Shown here in pieces: positions 1-12,084 of a stretch of 64,000 nt of DNA (its first letter is position 1; each line of letters begins with the position of its first letter). Source of the stretch: Heterodontus francisci (taxonomy: Eukaryota). A model generated the notes under the pieces. That model did not search any database, had not been told where the DNA came from, and saw only the letters and a list, made by a program, of their open reading frames with translations. The position numbers and the translations under genes were made by a program. The stretch covers positions 12,924,550 through 12,988,549 of the forward strand of contig NC_090404.1 of assembly GCF_036365525.1 (NCBI RefSeq), in the 5' to 3' direction.

Positions 1-202
1 CTCAACATATCCTCACCCGAATTACAGCAGTAATGTAGATACATTTTTCGGTTTCCCCACATAAATACATATTCTCTGCGAGACTGGTACAGTCACACCA
101 TTCTAAAGAGCACGGATAAAAGGAGCCTGAACAGTAACTTTGCACTGTAACTGTTTACCGCCATATATCCATTGCAAGTTATTGGCCACAGTGAATTATT
201 TC
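1..202 (-). pseudogene. Possible decayed leaderless 'supporting' TCR-delta V exon of the NAR-TCR cassette, running off the window edge
   Basis: Acceptor CAG at 205-203. One frame reads TVTVQSYCSGSFYPCSLEWC, a degenerate FR1-CDR1-Trp pattern, with stops and frameshifts. It lies downstream of the NAR-TCR J, where a supporting V is expected. Confidence 0.3.
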
Positions 203-1644
203 CTGTAGGTATTGCACATTGTGGTCCCAAATTCAAATGTCCTTCATTCCTTTCACCACATTCATGCACTGAATGAATTGCTCACGAGTTCGGTACTTCA
301 GTGAGATTTATTCAGGTTGTTGGTATAGGGTCACTGTGATAAGAACCTAAGCAATAGGAGCAGGATTAGTCCATTCGGCCCCTCGAGCCTACACCTCCAT
401 TTAAGAAGATCATGGCATATCTGGTTGTGGCCTTAACTCCACTTTCTTGCCTGCCCCACCCCGTGATAACCATTGATTCCATTGTTGATCAAAAACAGAA
501 GAACGTAAGGAATTGGAGCAAGATGGAGACATGGTTAGAGTGGACATGGTGCATCAGACGGACAGAGCTGAGCCGGTGACTTTGCTGAATATGGTGATTT
601 CAATCACAATTTTGAATATTATTCTCAGGATAGTGCTCTATAGCATGAAGGTAATCCAGAATTCTGCTTTGCATCCGGTTGCATTTCTGTCTTAGACCTA
701 TTTAGGGTTGGGAAAAACTGCCATATGAAAGCATGTCAGTATTCAGTAACTACTTTTACGCACAAATATTTGCTCCGAATCTATACCTTGAAACCTTTCC
801 GAATGTTCCAAAGTGCTGCAAAATGAATGATTAATATTGAGGTATAATGGTGATTTGTTTTTAGGGGAAGGGCGCCGAGTTGATCAATACCCGATTGATC
901 CCTCTGCCTTGTATAAGAGACTCTCTCCCATAATCTAGGATTATTAATCTGGTTTGTGCACGGTTCCTATTCCCGCTCATTACCCCGCTATCAGGGGCCT
1001 ACTAACAGGAACAGATAGACGGAGAGACATTTCCGGATCAATAGGTATTTCCCTCTTGCACGAGGGGAAAGGGTCAATTAAGTACCATATTCAAAACAAA
1101 TGATATTTCTCAAAATTTTTGTTCATCGTGTTTCCAAACATTTGATGCTTCTCAATCCATTGATGGGTCCAATCTATTGGTAGACCCACAACCATCAAAT
1201 TTCAAAAATAATTGATAGCTTGCAACCAATTGATATCTCTCGATGTATCAATGATTCCAAAGCTTTCACCACTCCCAATCGATTGATGGTTCTTAATCTA
1301 TTAAAGATCACCAATTCTTTAATGATTCATAGTCCACTGTAGACAATGACCGACTTTGTCCACATGCCTTTGGATTATTTGAAGTTCTGCCTTACCTACT
1401 AAATGATACAGCACAATTCCCAGAATGGCAGAGCTATTCTGGTGTTGGATTTAAGGTCACAACCACAGTCGGTTTCTGTACTACCAGCGGTACTGTACAT
1501 TACAGGGGGATACCTGAGAGCCCAGGACTCAGTCTGATTTAACATTGTATCTATATCTGAAGTTGAACTGTTGAATGCCTGGAGTTCCATTTACCTATTC
1601 TTTTTGATCGATATTTTAATTCGCAGCGACCCTAAATTGTCAGC

Positions 1645-2070
1645 CATAGCTCGGTTGGTAGCACTCTCTCCTCTGAGTTAGCACATTCTAGTTTCAAGTC
1701 CTGCTCCAGGACCGAGGACAAAAATTCCACTGGCAACCCCAGTGGAGTGATGCACTGGCGGCGATATTGCCTTTTAGATGGAATATGAAACTAAGGCGCT
1801 GTCTGCCCTCTCGGGTGTAAAAAATGCCCTGGTGCTATTTCGAACCAGTGCAGGGGAGTTATCCCCGGTGTCCTGATCAATATTTATCCCTCTATCAGCA
1901 TCACAAAAACGGATTACCTGGTCATTAACACATTGCTGTTTGTGCAGCTTGCTGTGCGCAAAATGGCTGCCGTGTTTCCGACATTACTGCAGTGAGGACA
2001 CTTCGCAAGTAGTTCATTGGCTGCAAAGCCTTTGGGACGTCGTGAAAGGCGCTACATAAATACAACGTTT
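1645..2070 (+). mobile_element. tRNA-derived SINE with Deu-domain-like core
   Basis: tRNA-like head (agctcggttggtagcact...ttcaagtcc) and core cacattgctgtttgtg...gcttgctgtgcgcaaaatggctgcc...aaaggcgcta. Related copies at about 17310-17810, 34950-35225 and 57180-57620 (minus). Confidence 0.7.
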
Positions 2071-2384
2071 TTCTTTTGTTCTTTGTATTAACAATAGATG
2101 TACAAAAAAAGAGTTTGGATTGAGCTGGTAAATCATACACTCCTGGAATGATGAAGCTGAGAAGGAGGCCAGTCAGCCTTTCAGGACTGTACCAGCTCTT
2201 TGAAACAACGATCCAATTATTCCACTACTTCCTGCTATTTCCCCGGAGCCGTGCAATTTTTATTCATTAGAAATATTTATCAAATTCCCTTTTAAAAGTT
2301 ATTATTCAATCTGCTTCCACCACACTTTCAGGCAGTGCATTCCAGATCATAACAATTTGGTCTGTCATTTATCTTCCCCCTATA

Positions 2385-2870
2385 TAGCTAGAGTCACAGA
2401 GTTATAGAGTCATTTACAGCACAGAAAGAGGCCGTTCGGCTCATCAAGAACATGCCGGAACTTTAAAGCGATTTCCAGTCAGCCCCACTCCCCCGTTCGA
2501 TCTTCGTAGCCCTGCAAGTCTATTTCCTTCAAGTGGCCAACCAATTTCTTTTTGAAGTCATTGATTGTCTCCACTTCCACCGCTCTCGCGGGCAGCGAGT
2601 TCCAGGACATGACTACCTGCTGCATAAACAACTCCTTTCTCATATCCCCCTGCATCTCTTGCCACAAACCCTCAATCTGTCTCCCATAGCCCTTGTACTG
2701 TTAGTTAATGTGAACAGATGTTCCTTGTCTAACTTACCTCAGCCTGTCATAATCTTGTACATTTCTATTAAATCTCCCTTCAACCTGTTTTGTGCTAAGG
2801 AGAATAACCCCAGCTTTTCCAAACTAACGTTGTAACTAAAATCCTCCATCCCTGGAAGCATTCTGATAAC
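2385..2870 (-). mobile_element. CR1-type LINE 3' fragment
   Basis: ORF 2479-2667 (FMQQVVMSWNSLPARAVEVETINDFKKKL) is the C-terminus of CR1 ORF2. Confidence 0.7.
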
Positions 2871-3054
2871 AAGATGCACTGCAGCAACGCACCGAGGCTC
2901 CTCAGACAGCACCTTCTAAACCCGCGACCTCGACCACCTAGAAAGGGCTCTTTTTTATTTGGAGGGGATTGAAGCGATCCTGATCACAATAATAAAGTGA
3001 TGATGAACATTAACCGGCTCTGTCTGTAACACAGCGGGGTTTGGTGTCTCTTAC

Positions 3055-3106
3055 CGGCTGTGCTAGTCACGACGGCCCCGATCCATCCACAGCACCATAA
3101 GTGACC
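3055..3106 (-). pseudogene. NAR-TCR-type J segment, probable 1-nt frameshift
   Basis: 5' RSS AGTTCTTGT-23 nt-TATTGTG (3145-3107). Coding GGTCACTTATGGTGCTGTGGATGGATCGGGGCCGTCGTGACTAGCACAGCCG, then donor GTAAGA. The DGSG motif and the VVTSTA/phase-1 donor frame are offset by 1 nt. Confidence 0.8.
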
Positions 3107-3466
3107 CACAATAACACCGCTCCCGGTCAGCCCGATACAAGAACTACCGACACCTCAATCTGCCGGCCACACATCACAAGAGTACCGGCGCTACACAATT
3201 ATTCCAGGGGTCTTAGATCAATAAACAATATTTCATGTTTCACAGTCCCTGTCCGTTCAAGCTGTTCATTGTGAGACTCTGAGCTCTTCGTAAAATGGCC
3301 CAGGAACACATGCCGAAGATGGAAGCATCATAGAAATGGAGAAAAATGTCAGAAGGAGGAAATTACAATAAAACTAAACCAAATACAGCGTTACAATTCA
3401 GGACTGGGACCAGGGAATTTATATTTTAATTATACAGAGTTATTTGTTCAGGTCAGTAACACTGGG

Positions 3467-3479
3467 GCAATCCCAAACA
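3467..3479 (-). other. D segment of the NAR-TCR cassette (TGTTTGGGATTGC) flanked by 12/12 RSS
   Basis: V-side RSS CACAGTG(3480-3486)-12-ACAAATTGG(3499-3507). J-side RSS CCCAGTG(3466-3460, CAC mutated)-12-ACAAATAAC(3447-3439). Confidence 0.8.
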
Positions 3480-3864
3480 CACAGTGTTTGAAGTCAACAC
3501 AAATTGGTACTTGGTGAGGTGTAGGGTATCAGTTAAACGGCGTGGACTACGGTTCCCGGTTCTAGCCTTTACAGCAGGATCCCATTTGGTGTTAGGGAGT
3601 TGTAACTGGCATCAGTCATTCCCAATCGCCATTTACTGACATCAATCGCGGGAAAAACATCTTCATCCGCACGCACTCTGCCTCCATGAAACCAGGAATG
3701 TCAACGGCAATAATCCAATCCCATTATAAACTAGATAGTGGGGCAAAGGGTGCGAGGTGGAACTGTGGGCTTTAACTGCAGATTAATTCCGCTTTATCAT
3801 TTGTTTCTGTGATAATCTGCAGTGAGAGTTTTTCTATCGCGGGAAGCCGAGGCCCATCACTGTG

Positions 3865-4143
3865 TGTTTCTGTGCTCAACTTTACAGTAATAGGTGGCGG
3901 TGTCTTGAACTCTCACATCCCAAATTTCCAGCGAAAATGTCTTTTCTGCCGTAATCGTCCTCATATCAAATCGGTCTCGGCTGGAGATCCGCTCCCGCCG
4001 TGTCCCGGTCTGGGTTTGTCTGAAGAAATATCCATTCTCTTAAGTATAACCATAACCATAGTAAACACAAGTGATGGTGAGAGACTGACACGCCTTCCTG
4101 GTCACCGCTCCCGGGGTCTGTGTCACTGACTGACTGAAAGAGC
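3865..4143 (-). pseudogene. NAR-TCR (VNAR-like) V exon with in-frame stop
   Basis: Translates SFSQSVTQTPGAVTRKACQSLTITCVYYGYGYT*ENGYFFRQTQTGTRRERISSRDRFDMRTITAEKTFSLEIWDVRVQDTATYYCKVEHRN. VNAR hallmarks: QTP start, SLTI.C, CDR2 deleted, ERIS..R, YCK. It also has an extra FR1 Cys. TAA at 4042-4040. 3' RSS CACAGTG(3864-3858)-22-AGAAAAACT(3835-3827). Confidence 0.88.
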
Positions 4144-4291
4144 CTGGAAATTAAACAGAGAGAGTTTGATGGGCCATCAGAGCCGAACCACACAACGAGG
4201 CTCAAACCCCAGACAGTGTCTGTAATTCGGATGGACTCGGGCAGCTTTATATTAAATCCACACAATGTCGGTTTGTTTGATCGGTACTCAC

Positions 4292-4334
4292 GGGGTAAAC
4301 AGACACACAGGGTGAAAACAAGGAGGATTCCCAT
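4292..4334 (-). pseudogene. Leader exon of the NAR-TCR V (MGILLVFTLCVCLP)
   Basis: ATG at 4334, 43-nt hydrophobic exon, phase-1 donor GTGAGT, in frame with the V exon acceptor at 4144. Confidence 0.85.
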
Positions 4335-5904
4335 CGTTCTGCTGTCCGGAGCTGATGGTTTATATGACGGAGAGCTGGAGACTGCAGCCCTGGCTGCTCT
4401 GGGAGACTGGACCTCAGAGCTGGACTGAAATACTTTAGGGGTTCGAGTTGATTTGCAGAGGGCAGTGTCCCGGAGATCATTGATGGGCCGCACGTTTCCC
4501 AGGTTTCCGACTGTGTATTGTGTAAATACGTGACAAGGTTAAATCGGGAACCTGCAGTTTTCTGTCGTTTCATTGGGTCTGTGAGTCTAATGCGAAATTC
4601 CCTCCCACATTAGTCTGATGTACAGGGGGTGGGGCTGGGGGAGTTGTTCTGTCAGTAGAAGCTGCCGCCCTCCTTTCCCCCACAGTAATGAGCTGGGAGG
4701 TCGCTCCATGTGTTTTTATTGGGTGGTGTTTGTTGAGGGTGGAATGTGGGCCCAGGACACTGGGAGAATCCCCCATCCCCGCTCTTATTATAATAGTGCT
4801 GGGGATTCTTTAACATCTCCCTGAACGGGCTGGTGGGGCCTCGGTTAAACGTCTGATCTGAAGGACGGCGCCTCAGACCTGGCAGCTTCCCTCAGTCCAA
4901 CAACTGAGGGTCAGGTTACAATATCAGATAGTCCAGTGACATTGTCACAATCCAGGCAGATATACACAATATACACAAATAATAACCTCTCACTGTCATT
5001 TAAACACATGGTTCTTGCACACTCCCCTTCTGTGGCTAACAGTTAAAATGATGTTTCAATTCAGTAATGATTGATTTCCAGGTCTGTAATATTCAGAGTT
5101 TCCAGGTGCAGTGACAGAGAATAAAGCAGCATTCGGAAAGACCAATGGGCATTGAGGGAACTCTGTGCTTGGCTCTTGTTTTGAAGATTACTATCACTAC
5201 ATTGTGAAATCTGTTCATTGTGTATAAACTGTCTCTAAGCCAGCAACACACTTTGATCAATTAAACCCTGTGAACAGGCCGCGGTCCAAGGCTCTGGAAT
5301 CCTGGCAGGGAGGCAGGGGAAGGGCTACTCAGTGCAAAAGGTGACTTCAAAAGGTGCACAGCCCGATGCAAATATGGCCGATGGCTTAATCGACCTGACA
5401 GCACCGCCGGATGGCCTGCGGTAGGGTTCTAATCTTCACCCAGCAACCTAACTCTGTTTGATCTGAACATCTTTAAAGAGCACTCACAAACTGTCTACCA
5501 GATACATAATTGTCGCACCTCAAGCATTTTATTTTTATTCGTTTCATCCAATTGTCTTTTACTTTTGAAAGTTACTGCTGAATTTACTTCCACTGCCCTG
5601 TCAGGCATAACAACTCTTTGCATAAAAATGTTTTTCCTCATGTCTACATCAAAAAAATTGTATTTATGTAGAAGCTTTAACGTAGTGAAGGGTTCCATCT
5701 GCAGGTAGATGCAAAGATCTTCATGAAATGTGATTCCCGCAGAGGCCAATGATGATCAGATAACATTGAGAGTTTATTCGTATTATGTCTGTTCAGTTGT
5801 TTGTTCTGTAACAACAGATACCATCTAGTATGACGGATCTATAAATCACTCCGGCAATATACAGAATCGTCGTTAGTTCACGAGTCAACTGATCGGGAAG
5901 GAAA

Positions 5905-6184
5905 ATATCACGTGAGTCAGTTACCAGTGTGTTGATGGTGAAGCTACTGGAATTTGACAGAAAGAATTGACGCCAGAATAAACCATTACCAATCTCTCGT
6001 TTCCGGTTATCATAACCAGACAAGAATTTCAGACCCGCCCCACGTCTCTAACAGCGGAACCATTCCCCCGATAAGGCCAATGACTGTAGCCCAGTTCGGG
6101 GTGTTTCCATGCACCAGCAGCCAGTTCACCACCTACCGGTCTCACAGCATCACTGGGGACACAAGGAAGTGCGGTGAGAGCATC
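5905..6184 (-). pseudogene. Possible highly decayed TCR-type V exon
   Basis: Acceptor CTCAG at 6189-6185. Frames read PSDAVRPVGGE / C..(16 aa)..WFR.*RRGAGLKFLSGY....GNG.....SNSSSFTINTLVTDS. No YYC, RSS or leader found. Confidence 0.35.
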
Positions 6185-6268
6185 CTGAGACAGCAGATTA
6201 TTGAGGGTGGGGATTAGAACGGGTGTCTTCAAATATTCAACTCCCCTTCTATGGAGCGGACATCGACA

Positions 6269-6314
6269 ATGTGCCTACTCAGCATCTGGGTTGTGTGGGG
6301 GGCATTTCTGACAG
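6269..6314 (+). CDS. Leader exon of TCR alpha/delta V (MCLLSIWVVWGAFLT)
   Basis: 46-nt hydrophobic exon with phase-1 donor GTAATT. An in-frame upstream ATG is also present at 6251. Confidence 0.85.
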
Positions 6315-6431
6315 GTAATTGTGGACTAAACACATTTAATCTTTTCTCTCATTTCCCAAACACAGTTTAAATTTGAATTTCAAACAGTCTTCTGTCTGAT
6401 TTTTTCTCCCCTGTATCAACATGCTTTTCAG

Positions 6432-6738
6432 ATCGGATTCATGGAGATTCTGTCACTCAGCAGCTGTCCTCAGATGTTAAGACAGAAGGAGAAGCGGTGA
6501 CTTTAAGCTGTACCTATGATACTACAATGAGCGTCTATACATTGTACTGGTATCGGCAACACCCAGATGTGCAACTGGAGTTTATACTGGGGAAGGATTC
6601 TAATAACAATGAACATAAAGCAAATTTTGCTCACACCCGTTTCTCTGCTGGGCTCCAGACCATGACTAAATTCACCAGTTTAACCATCTTGGGGCTGCAA
6701 CTGATTGACGCTGCCGTGTATTACTGTGCCTTCAGACT
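6432..6738 (+). CDS. TCR alpha/delta-type V segment, intact and unrearranged
   Basis: DRIHG-DSVTQQLSSDVKTEGEAVTLSCTYDTTMSVYTLYWYRQHPDVQLEFIL...RFSAGLQ...SLTILGLQLIDAAVYYCAFRL, with canonical Cys/Trp/YYC and acceptor TTTTCAG. Confidence 0.93.
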
Positions 6739-6777
6739 CACACTGATGGAAAGTAGTCTCACCCCTGTACAAAAACT
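6739..6777 (+). promoter_or_regulatory. 23-RSS of TCR V
   Basis: CACACTG-23 nt-ACAAAAACT. Confidence 0.92.
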
Positions 6778-8459
6778 GCCTTTGGACTGTGGGTGGGAGC
6801 TCCTGTCTGTTGGGGGTTGTATAGAATGGCGGGCAGATGCAGCCACAATGTGCCGGGCGCTGTCAGCCGCTCAAACACACGCTGAGAGGAAACCAAATTA
6901 AACTCGGATCAAACTGTCACCCAACTGTTTCCAGGAGCAGCCGAGACAAAAAACAGTAGAATCCAATCGGCCAGACAGATCCAACATAGAATCGTATGTG
7001 GAGACGCCCGTCTAACCCCCACCCACAATAATCTGGCCCAGAAACACATTCTGATCAAATAAACGCTGTGAACAGGCTGTGTTCAAAGACTCCGGGAAAC
7101 TAACTGGGGAGATGGGGAAAGTGCTGCTCAATATTGCAGGCAGACAGGGAAAGGGCAGCAAAGGACAAAAGTAAGTTGAAGCGCCACAAGTGGATTTGCT
7201 GAATTTCAATTTTAGCATAAAAACGATTGAAATAAACTGACAGAATTGCACAAGAGGTTCTCACCTGGTCTTGTTGAGTGTTATGTGTTTTATTGTCTCT
7301 AAAGAAGGTCCCCGTGGCTCACACTGTCGAGGCTGAATTATTGCTTCTGTTTTTCAGTGTAACAGTGCATTCTGCTGCGCACTAGTGGGAACTCACAGTG
7401 GGCCGAGCAGGGGGGTGGGGAGGAGCGGGTGGAGGGCGCAGTTGGGCGGGGGTGTTGTATGGGCTCTGTTATATCTCAGTAGCAATGTGGAACTCATGCA
7501 CCAGATGGCCTGCAGCGGTTCAAGAAGGCAGCTCAGCACCACCTTCTCAAGGGCAATTAGGGATGGGCAATAAATGCCGACCTAGCTAGCGACGCCCACA
7601 TCCCATGAAGCAACAAAGAAACAAATGCACATTTCCTAGGAGCAGGATTGGCTGATCTGTCAGAACTGACGACAGTTGACCACCAATCAATGACAATTAC
7701 TTTCTCTGATGGTTTCGTTTTCTCTCTGAGACTTTCTCGGTGTATCTGTCTCTTCGTCTCGGTGTCTGTCTACCTGTCTCTGTCATTCGCTCTGCCACTC
7801 TCTTCGGTGTTCGATGAAAACATAGAGTTTAGAAAATCTAACTTTTTAACCAGAATCTCATTTCAACGAGTTCTCCACACAAAATAAAACAAAAGTGTTT
7901 CATTACTGCTCCATTAATAGTAGCAGTTAAGATGGATAAAAGATACAAACCGGAACTCAGGGAATAGTTGAAAATAGCAGCAGTTTCATATTATTAAAAT
8001 AATTAACAGAATATAATACAATATTAATAATTATATATTATATTAATATTATTAATAGAAAGGCAGAAGCAAATGAAACCTGCGAGCGGGGCTGCCGCAG
8101 ACTGTGTTGTAACAAGGAGTATCCACTTGTCAGGAACGGAATTAAATAATAATCGAGATTTCGAAAATTATACAACTCTGCCTTTCCATAGGAACTGCTG
8201 CACTTTCAAATTCATTACATATTGGGGAATACAGGCTTGGGGCAGAAGTATTGGGATAATAATATTATTCAGTAGTAAGCAAAATCTTCATACATGAAGT
8301 CGGTTTAAACCAGGGATAAATCTATGGGCAACTGGGTTGGATTGGTTCTGAATTAAGGTACAGAGAAGAAACAAAGGTTTCTGTAAATTAAAAACTAGAA
8401 AAGGGAAATGCATACAATTATGTGTAAAGCTTGGAGACAGGGTATAATAAGTAACATAA

Positions 8460-9230
8460 AAGCAAAATACTGCAGATGCAGGAAATCTGAAATAAAGACA
8501 AGAAATACTGGAAATACTCAGGAGGTCTGCCAGCATCTGTGGAGAGCGAAGCAGAGTTAACGTTTCAGGACAGTGACCTTTCATCAGAACTGACAAATGT
8601 TGGAAATGTAATAGGTTTTAAGCAAATAAAGCAGGGGTGGGGTTAAAGAGATAACAAAAGGGAAGGTATTGATAGGACAGAGGGTCACAGAGAATAACTG
8701 ACCAGAAGGTCATGGAGCAAAGGAAAACAGAGTGTTAATGGTGTGCTGAAAGACAAAGCGTTTGTGTAGAGAGGGTGTTAACTGACAGAAAAATTAACAG
8801 CCCTGGCCCAAAGCACAAACATGAAAAAACAATGGGTAGGCACATGGTAAAAAAAAATGATGCAACAATCTAAAATAAAATAAATAAAAAAGAAAAAAAC
8901 TATAAATAAAAAGAGGGGCCCGCCTTGCTCTGAAATTATTGAACTCAATGTTCAGTCTGGCAGGCTGTAGTGTGCCTAATCGGTAAATGAGATGCTTCCT
9001 CGAGCATATGTTGATGTTCACTGGAACACTGCAGCAAGCCCAGGACAGATATGTGAACATGAGAGCAGGGCTGTGTGTTGAAATGGCAAGCAACTGGAAG
9101 CTTGGGGTCATGCTTTCGGACTGAACAGAGGTGTTCCACAAAGCAGTCACCTAATCTGTGTTTGGTTTCCCTGAAGTAGAGGAGAACACATTGTGAGTAG
9201 CAAATACAGTGTACTAAAGTGATAGAAGTA
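8460..9230 (-). mobile_element. Penelope-like retroelement fragment (GIY-YIG endonuclease end)
   Basis: ORF 8945-9280 contains LLYFRETKHRLGDCFVEHLCSV...PVACHFN...H, a degenerate YIGETKRRL..RF.EH motif. Confidence 0.7.
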
Positions 9231-9760
9231 CACTCACAAATCGGCAAAATAATGGAAGGTGTCATTGACAATGCTATCAAGTGGCACTTAGCAATAAACT
9301 TCTCACCGTGCTCAGTTTGTACTGCAGCAGGAATGTGTCAGGGCCCAGAGCCTTTCCTGTATCCAGTGTCTTCAGCTGTTTCTGAACATCACGTGGAGAG
9401 AATTGAATTAGCTGAGGACAGGCATCTGTGATTCTGGGGACCTCAGGAGAAGGCTGAGATAAATCCTTCAATAAGCATCTGTGGCTGAAGATGGCTGCAG
9501 ATATTTCAGTCTTGTGTATTTTTTAGTCACGTACTGGGCTCCCCATCATTGTGGATGAGGATTTTTTGGAGCCTTCTCCTCTGGCTATTTAATTGTTCAG
9601 CACCATTAACGACTAGATGTAGCAGGACCGCAGAGCTTTCATCTGATCCGTTGTTTGTGGAATGGCTTAGCTCTATTATCGCAAGCTGCTTCCACTGTTT
9701 AACATGCATGTAATCCTGTGTCGTAGCTTCAACAGGTTGTCACCTTATTTTTAAATTTTT
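9230..9760. mobile_element. Decayed CR1-clade LINE fragments
   Basis: Peptides such as VQKQLKTLDTGKALGPD. Same family as the copies at 43-61 kb. Confidence 0.6.
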
Positions 9761-10094
9761 CGAGAGCCAGCTGGAAGGAGTTGGGTTTGGCAGTCGCAAA
9801 AGGCCCCTATCTGCGGCCTGGGCCATGCTGCACTCTGGGAGACCGGGCCACACATGCGCACATCCACGACCGGTTTAAACACGGCTTTTTATGTTCTCGC
9901 GCAGACCAAACTTTCACTTTTATAGGTTAATCTCGTGGGGTTATTTTGATGGAAACTGAGGTCAGCTTTTCTTTTAGTCGAGTTGTTCTTTTAAATAAAC
10001 GACAAACTTAAGCACTGTATGGTGTTCCACAAACTTGGGGACGCTGGTTTGCCTTGCATTGATTGACGCCACAATGCTTTCCTCAAGTCACATG

Positions 10095-10800
10095 ATTGTC
10101 AGATCCCTGGGGTGATGTTGAGTTCAGGGAGATGGTATCAGAGGAAATGGAGCAGGGAGAGAGAATCTTACTGGCGATGTTCAGTGAGTTCGTGGGGGGG
10201 GGGGGGGTAATCAGAGGGAATGGAGCAGGGAGAGAGGATCCTTGGGGATGTTCAGTGAGTTCTGGGAGATGGTATCAGAGGGAATGGAGCAGGGAGAGAG
10301 AATCCCTGGGGTGATGCTTAGCGAATTCCGGGAGAAGGTACCAGATGGAATGGAACACAGCAGAGAAAAACGTCATCAGGGAAACTAGTGACAGAGGAGC
10401 ACGGGTAACGGATATAGCAGAAAAAGTGGGGGCAGAAATTCGGCATGTGCATAACAGCAAATTGGAGTGCGTGTGACAGAGCAGGTGGAGACAGTGTGGC
10501 TTGTGTGTATAACAGAAAATGCAAAGATAGAATCTCAGCATCAGATAAGCCTCCGACTCCGGGAATCATTCCCAGTATGTTGCCTCTCCTTTGTCTGATA
10601 GACCCCAGGCTCTCGAAATCATCCCAGGAGTTGTGCTGCCTTTTTTGTCACATAACCTTCAGGCTTTGGAAAATCATTACCAGGGGTTGTCCTCTCTATT
10701 GCGTTAGCTGGGCCCCAGGCTGTGGGAATCATTCCAAGGGTTTGAGCTCCCTGCCTGTCAGATGGACCCCGGGCTCTTGGAATAATTTCCTGTATTTGTA
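10095..10800. repeat. Degenerate ~64-bp tandem repeat: 4 units at 10100-10370 plus older inverted units at 10555-10800
   Basis: Unit atccctggggtgatgtt..gagttc.gggagatggtatcagagggaatggagcagggagagaga. Confidence 0.7.
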
Positions 10801-11299
10801 CTCGATGACATACTGTGTCAGATATGCAACCCGTTTCTGGTTAGTTAGTGCATTTGTTGTTCAAGATTTATTAACAATTTCAAAAGGAACATTTTGCAGA
10901 GAAGTTTTTTTTACAAAAAGGAATGAATATGATAACTGCGTGTCACATTGAGAACAGAACACATGCGGCCTGAGCTGCCAGCTATCTGTAAAACTGTAAC
11001 AGACCAGTGAGAGAAAACAAGGGTTCAACATAAAGGGACGGAACCAATTGTGAATAAGGAATAGTTTCGTATTTACACATGAAGTTCAAACAAAGGTAAA
11101 ACTCGAAGATACATTTACATTCTCGCCACGATTATCTCATACATTTCAAACAGAAAAACGGAAACAATGTTTATGATTTTCTCAGCTACAGATTCGGAAC
11201 CATAAACTGAAGACATTTTACTTTTGGAGATTTTGTTTTCGTAGCATACAGATGTTAGAAATAGTTGAGAAAAATCCATGGCGGCTGAAGTTCAATCCA

Positions 11300-11308
11300 T
11301 CACTTGAC
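11300..11308 (-). CDS. IGHM: IgM TM2 exon (VK-stop)
   Basis: Acceptor TTTTACAG, then GTC AAG TGA. Candidate AATAAA at 10872-10867. Confidence 0.88.
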   Translation of the reverse strand, partial: VK

Positions 11309-11452
11309 CTGTAAAAGAGGGATAAAAGATTGAAGCAGAGATTTCATATCCTGAGACACTCATCAGAGTTTTTTTTTTAATCTATGAAACTTTTCGAGAT
11401 TTGTTAAACAGCTTCAGTCAAATTGAAGCATGAGTGGATTGAATATTCTCAC

Positions 11453-11580
11453 CTTCACCAGAGTGACTGCAGCACTGTAGAAAATGCTCAGGAAGAACAG
11501 GATGATGAATGTGGAAGCGGTTGTCCAGATGTTGCCGCTCTCTTCCTCATTATCATCAATCCAGATGTGGTCTGAGGAAT
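11453..11580 (-). CDS. IGHM: IgM TM1 exon
   Basis: DSSDHIWIDDNEEESGNIWTTASTFIILFFLSIFYSAAVTLVK, with the conserved antigen-receptor TM motif. TAG acceptor and GTGAG donor. Confidence 0.95.
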
Positions 11581-12084
11581 CTACAGGAATGTAGAGGAGA
11601 AGATATACTTAGATCATTAATTAGTCTAGGATATAAGATTGTTATTTTTCATTCGCACTTCTCTTCCTTAAGTTATTATTTTGTTCTCTAATTAATTTTT
11701 CAATTAATATCTATTGGTAACTTAACCACGTTGAGCATTCTATCTCTGATACTAATTCCAGAGCCGTTCTTCCTTTATGATCCTCGTTCAGGTAGTGTTG
11801 GAAAATATGTCCGTTTTTTGTTTCTTCCTTGTCAGACGCTATTTTATTTTGGATCAATTTCGTTCTACCATTAGGAATTAGGGTAAGAGATCGGATGTTC
11901 CAGAGAGAAGAGTTCCAATCTTGTTTGTTTATTTGTGATGAAAGTGATTGGCCATCATTAATTTATCTCAGCTGCTATGTGAGAACATTGCTTCATTTTG
12001 ATTACAGGTCAAATATGCATAATGGAAAGTGATTGAGAGGTTGTCTGTCAAAACGTGCATTTTGAATTCTGCTTTCGTCTATAG

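Noticed and set aside
187-230. CACAGTG heptamer as an RSS
   Set aside because: No nonamer at 12 or 23 nt.
3966-4493. 175-aa ORF as a standalone gene
   Set aside because: It reads through the NAR-TCR leader and intron, and crosses the V exon out of frame.
5366-5373. Octamer ATGCAAAT (also at about 17811 and 56717)
   Set aside because: Not in a V-promoter position, the context looks repeat-like, and the count is close to chance in 64 kb.
7260-7350. Heptamer-like sequence plus GTGAG donor as a J segment
   Set aside because: No nonamer and no F/W-G-x-G motif.
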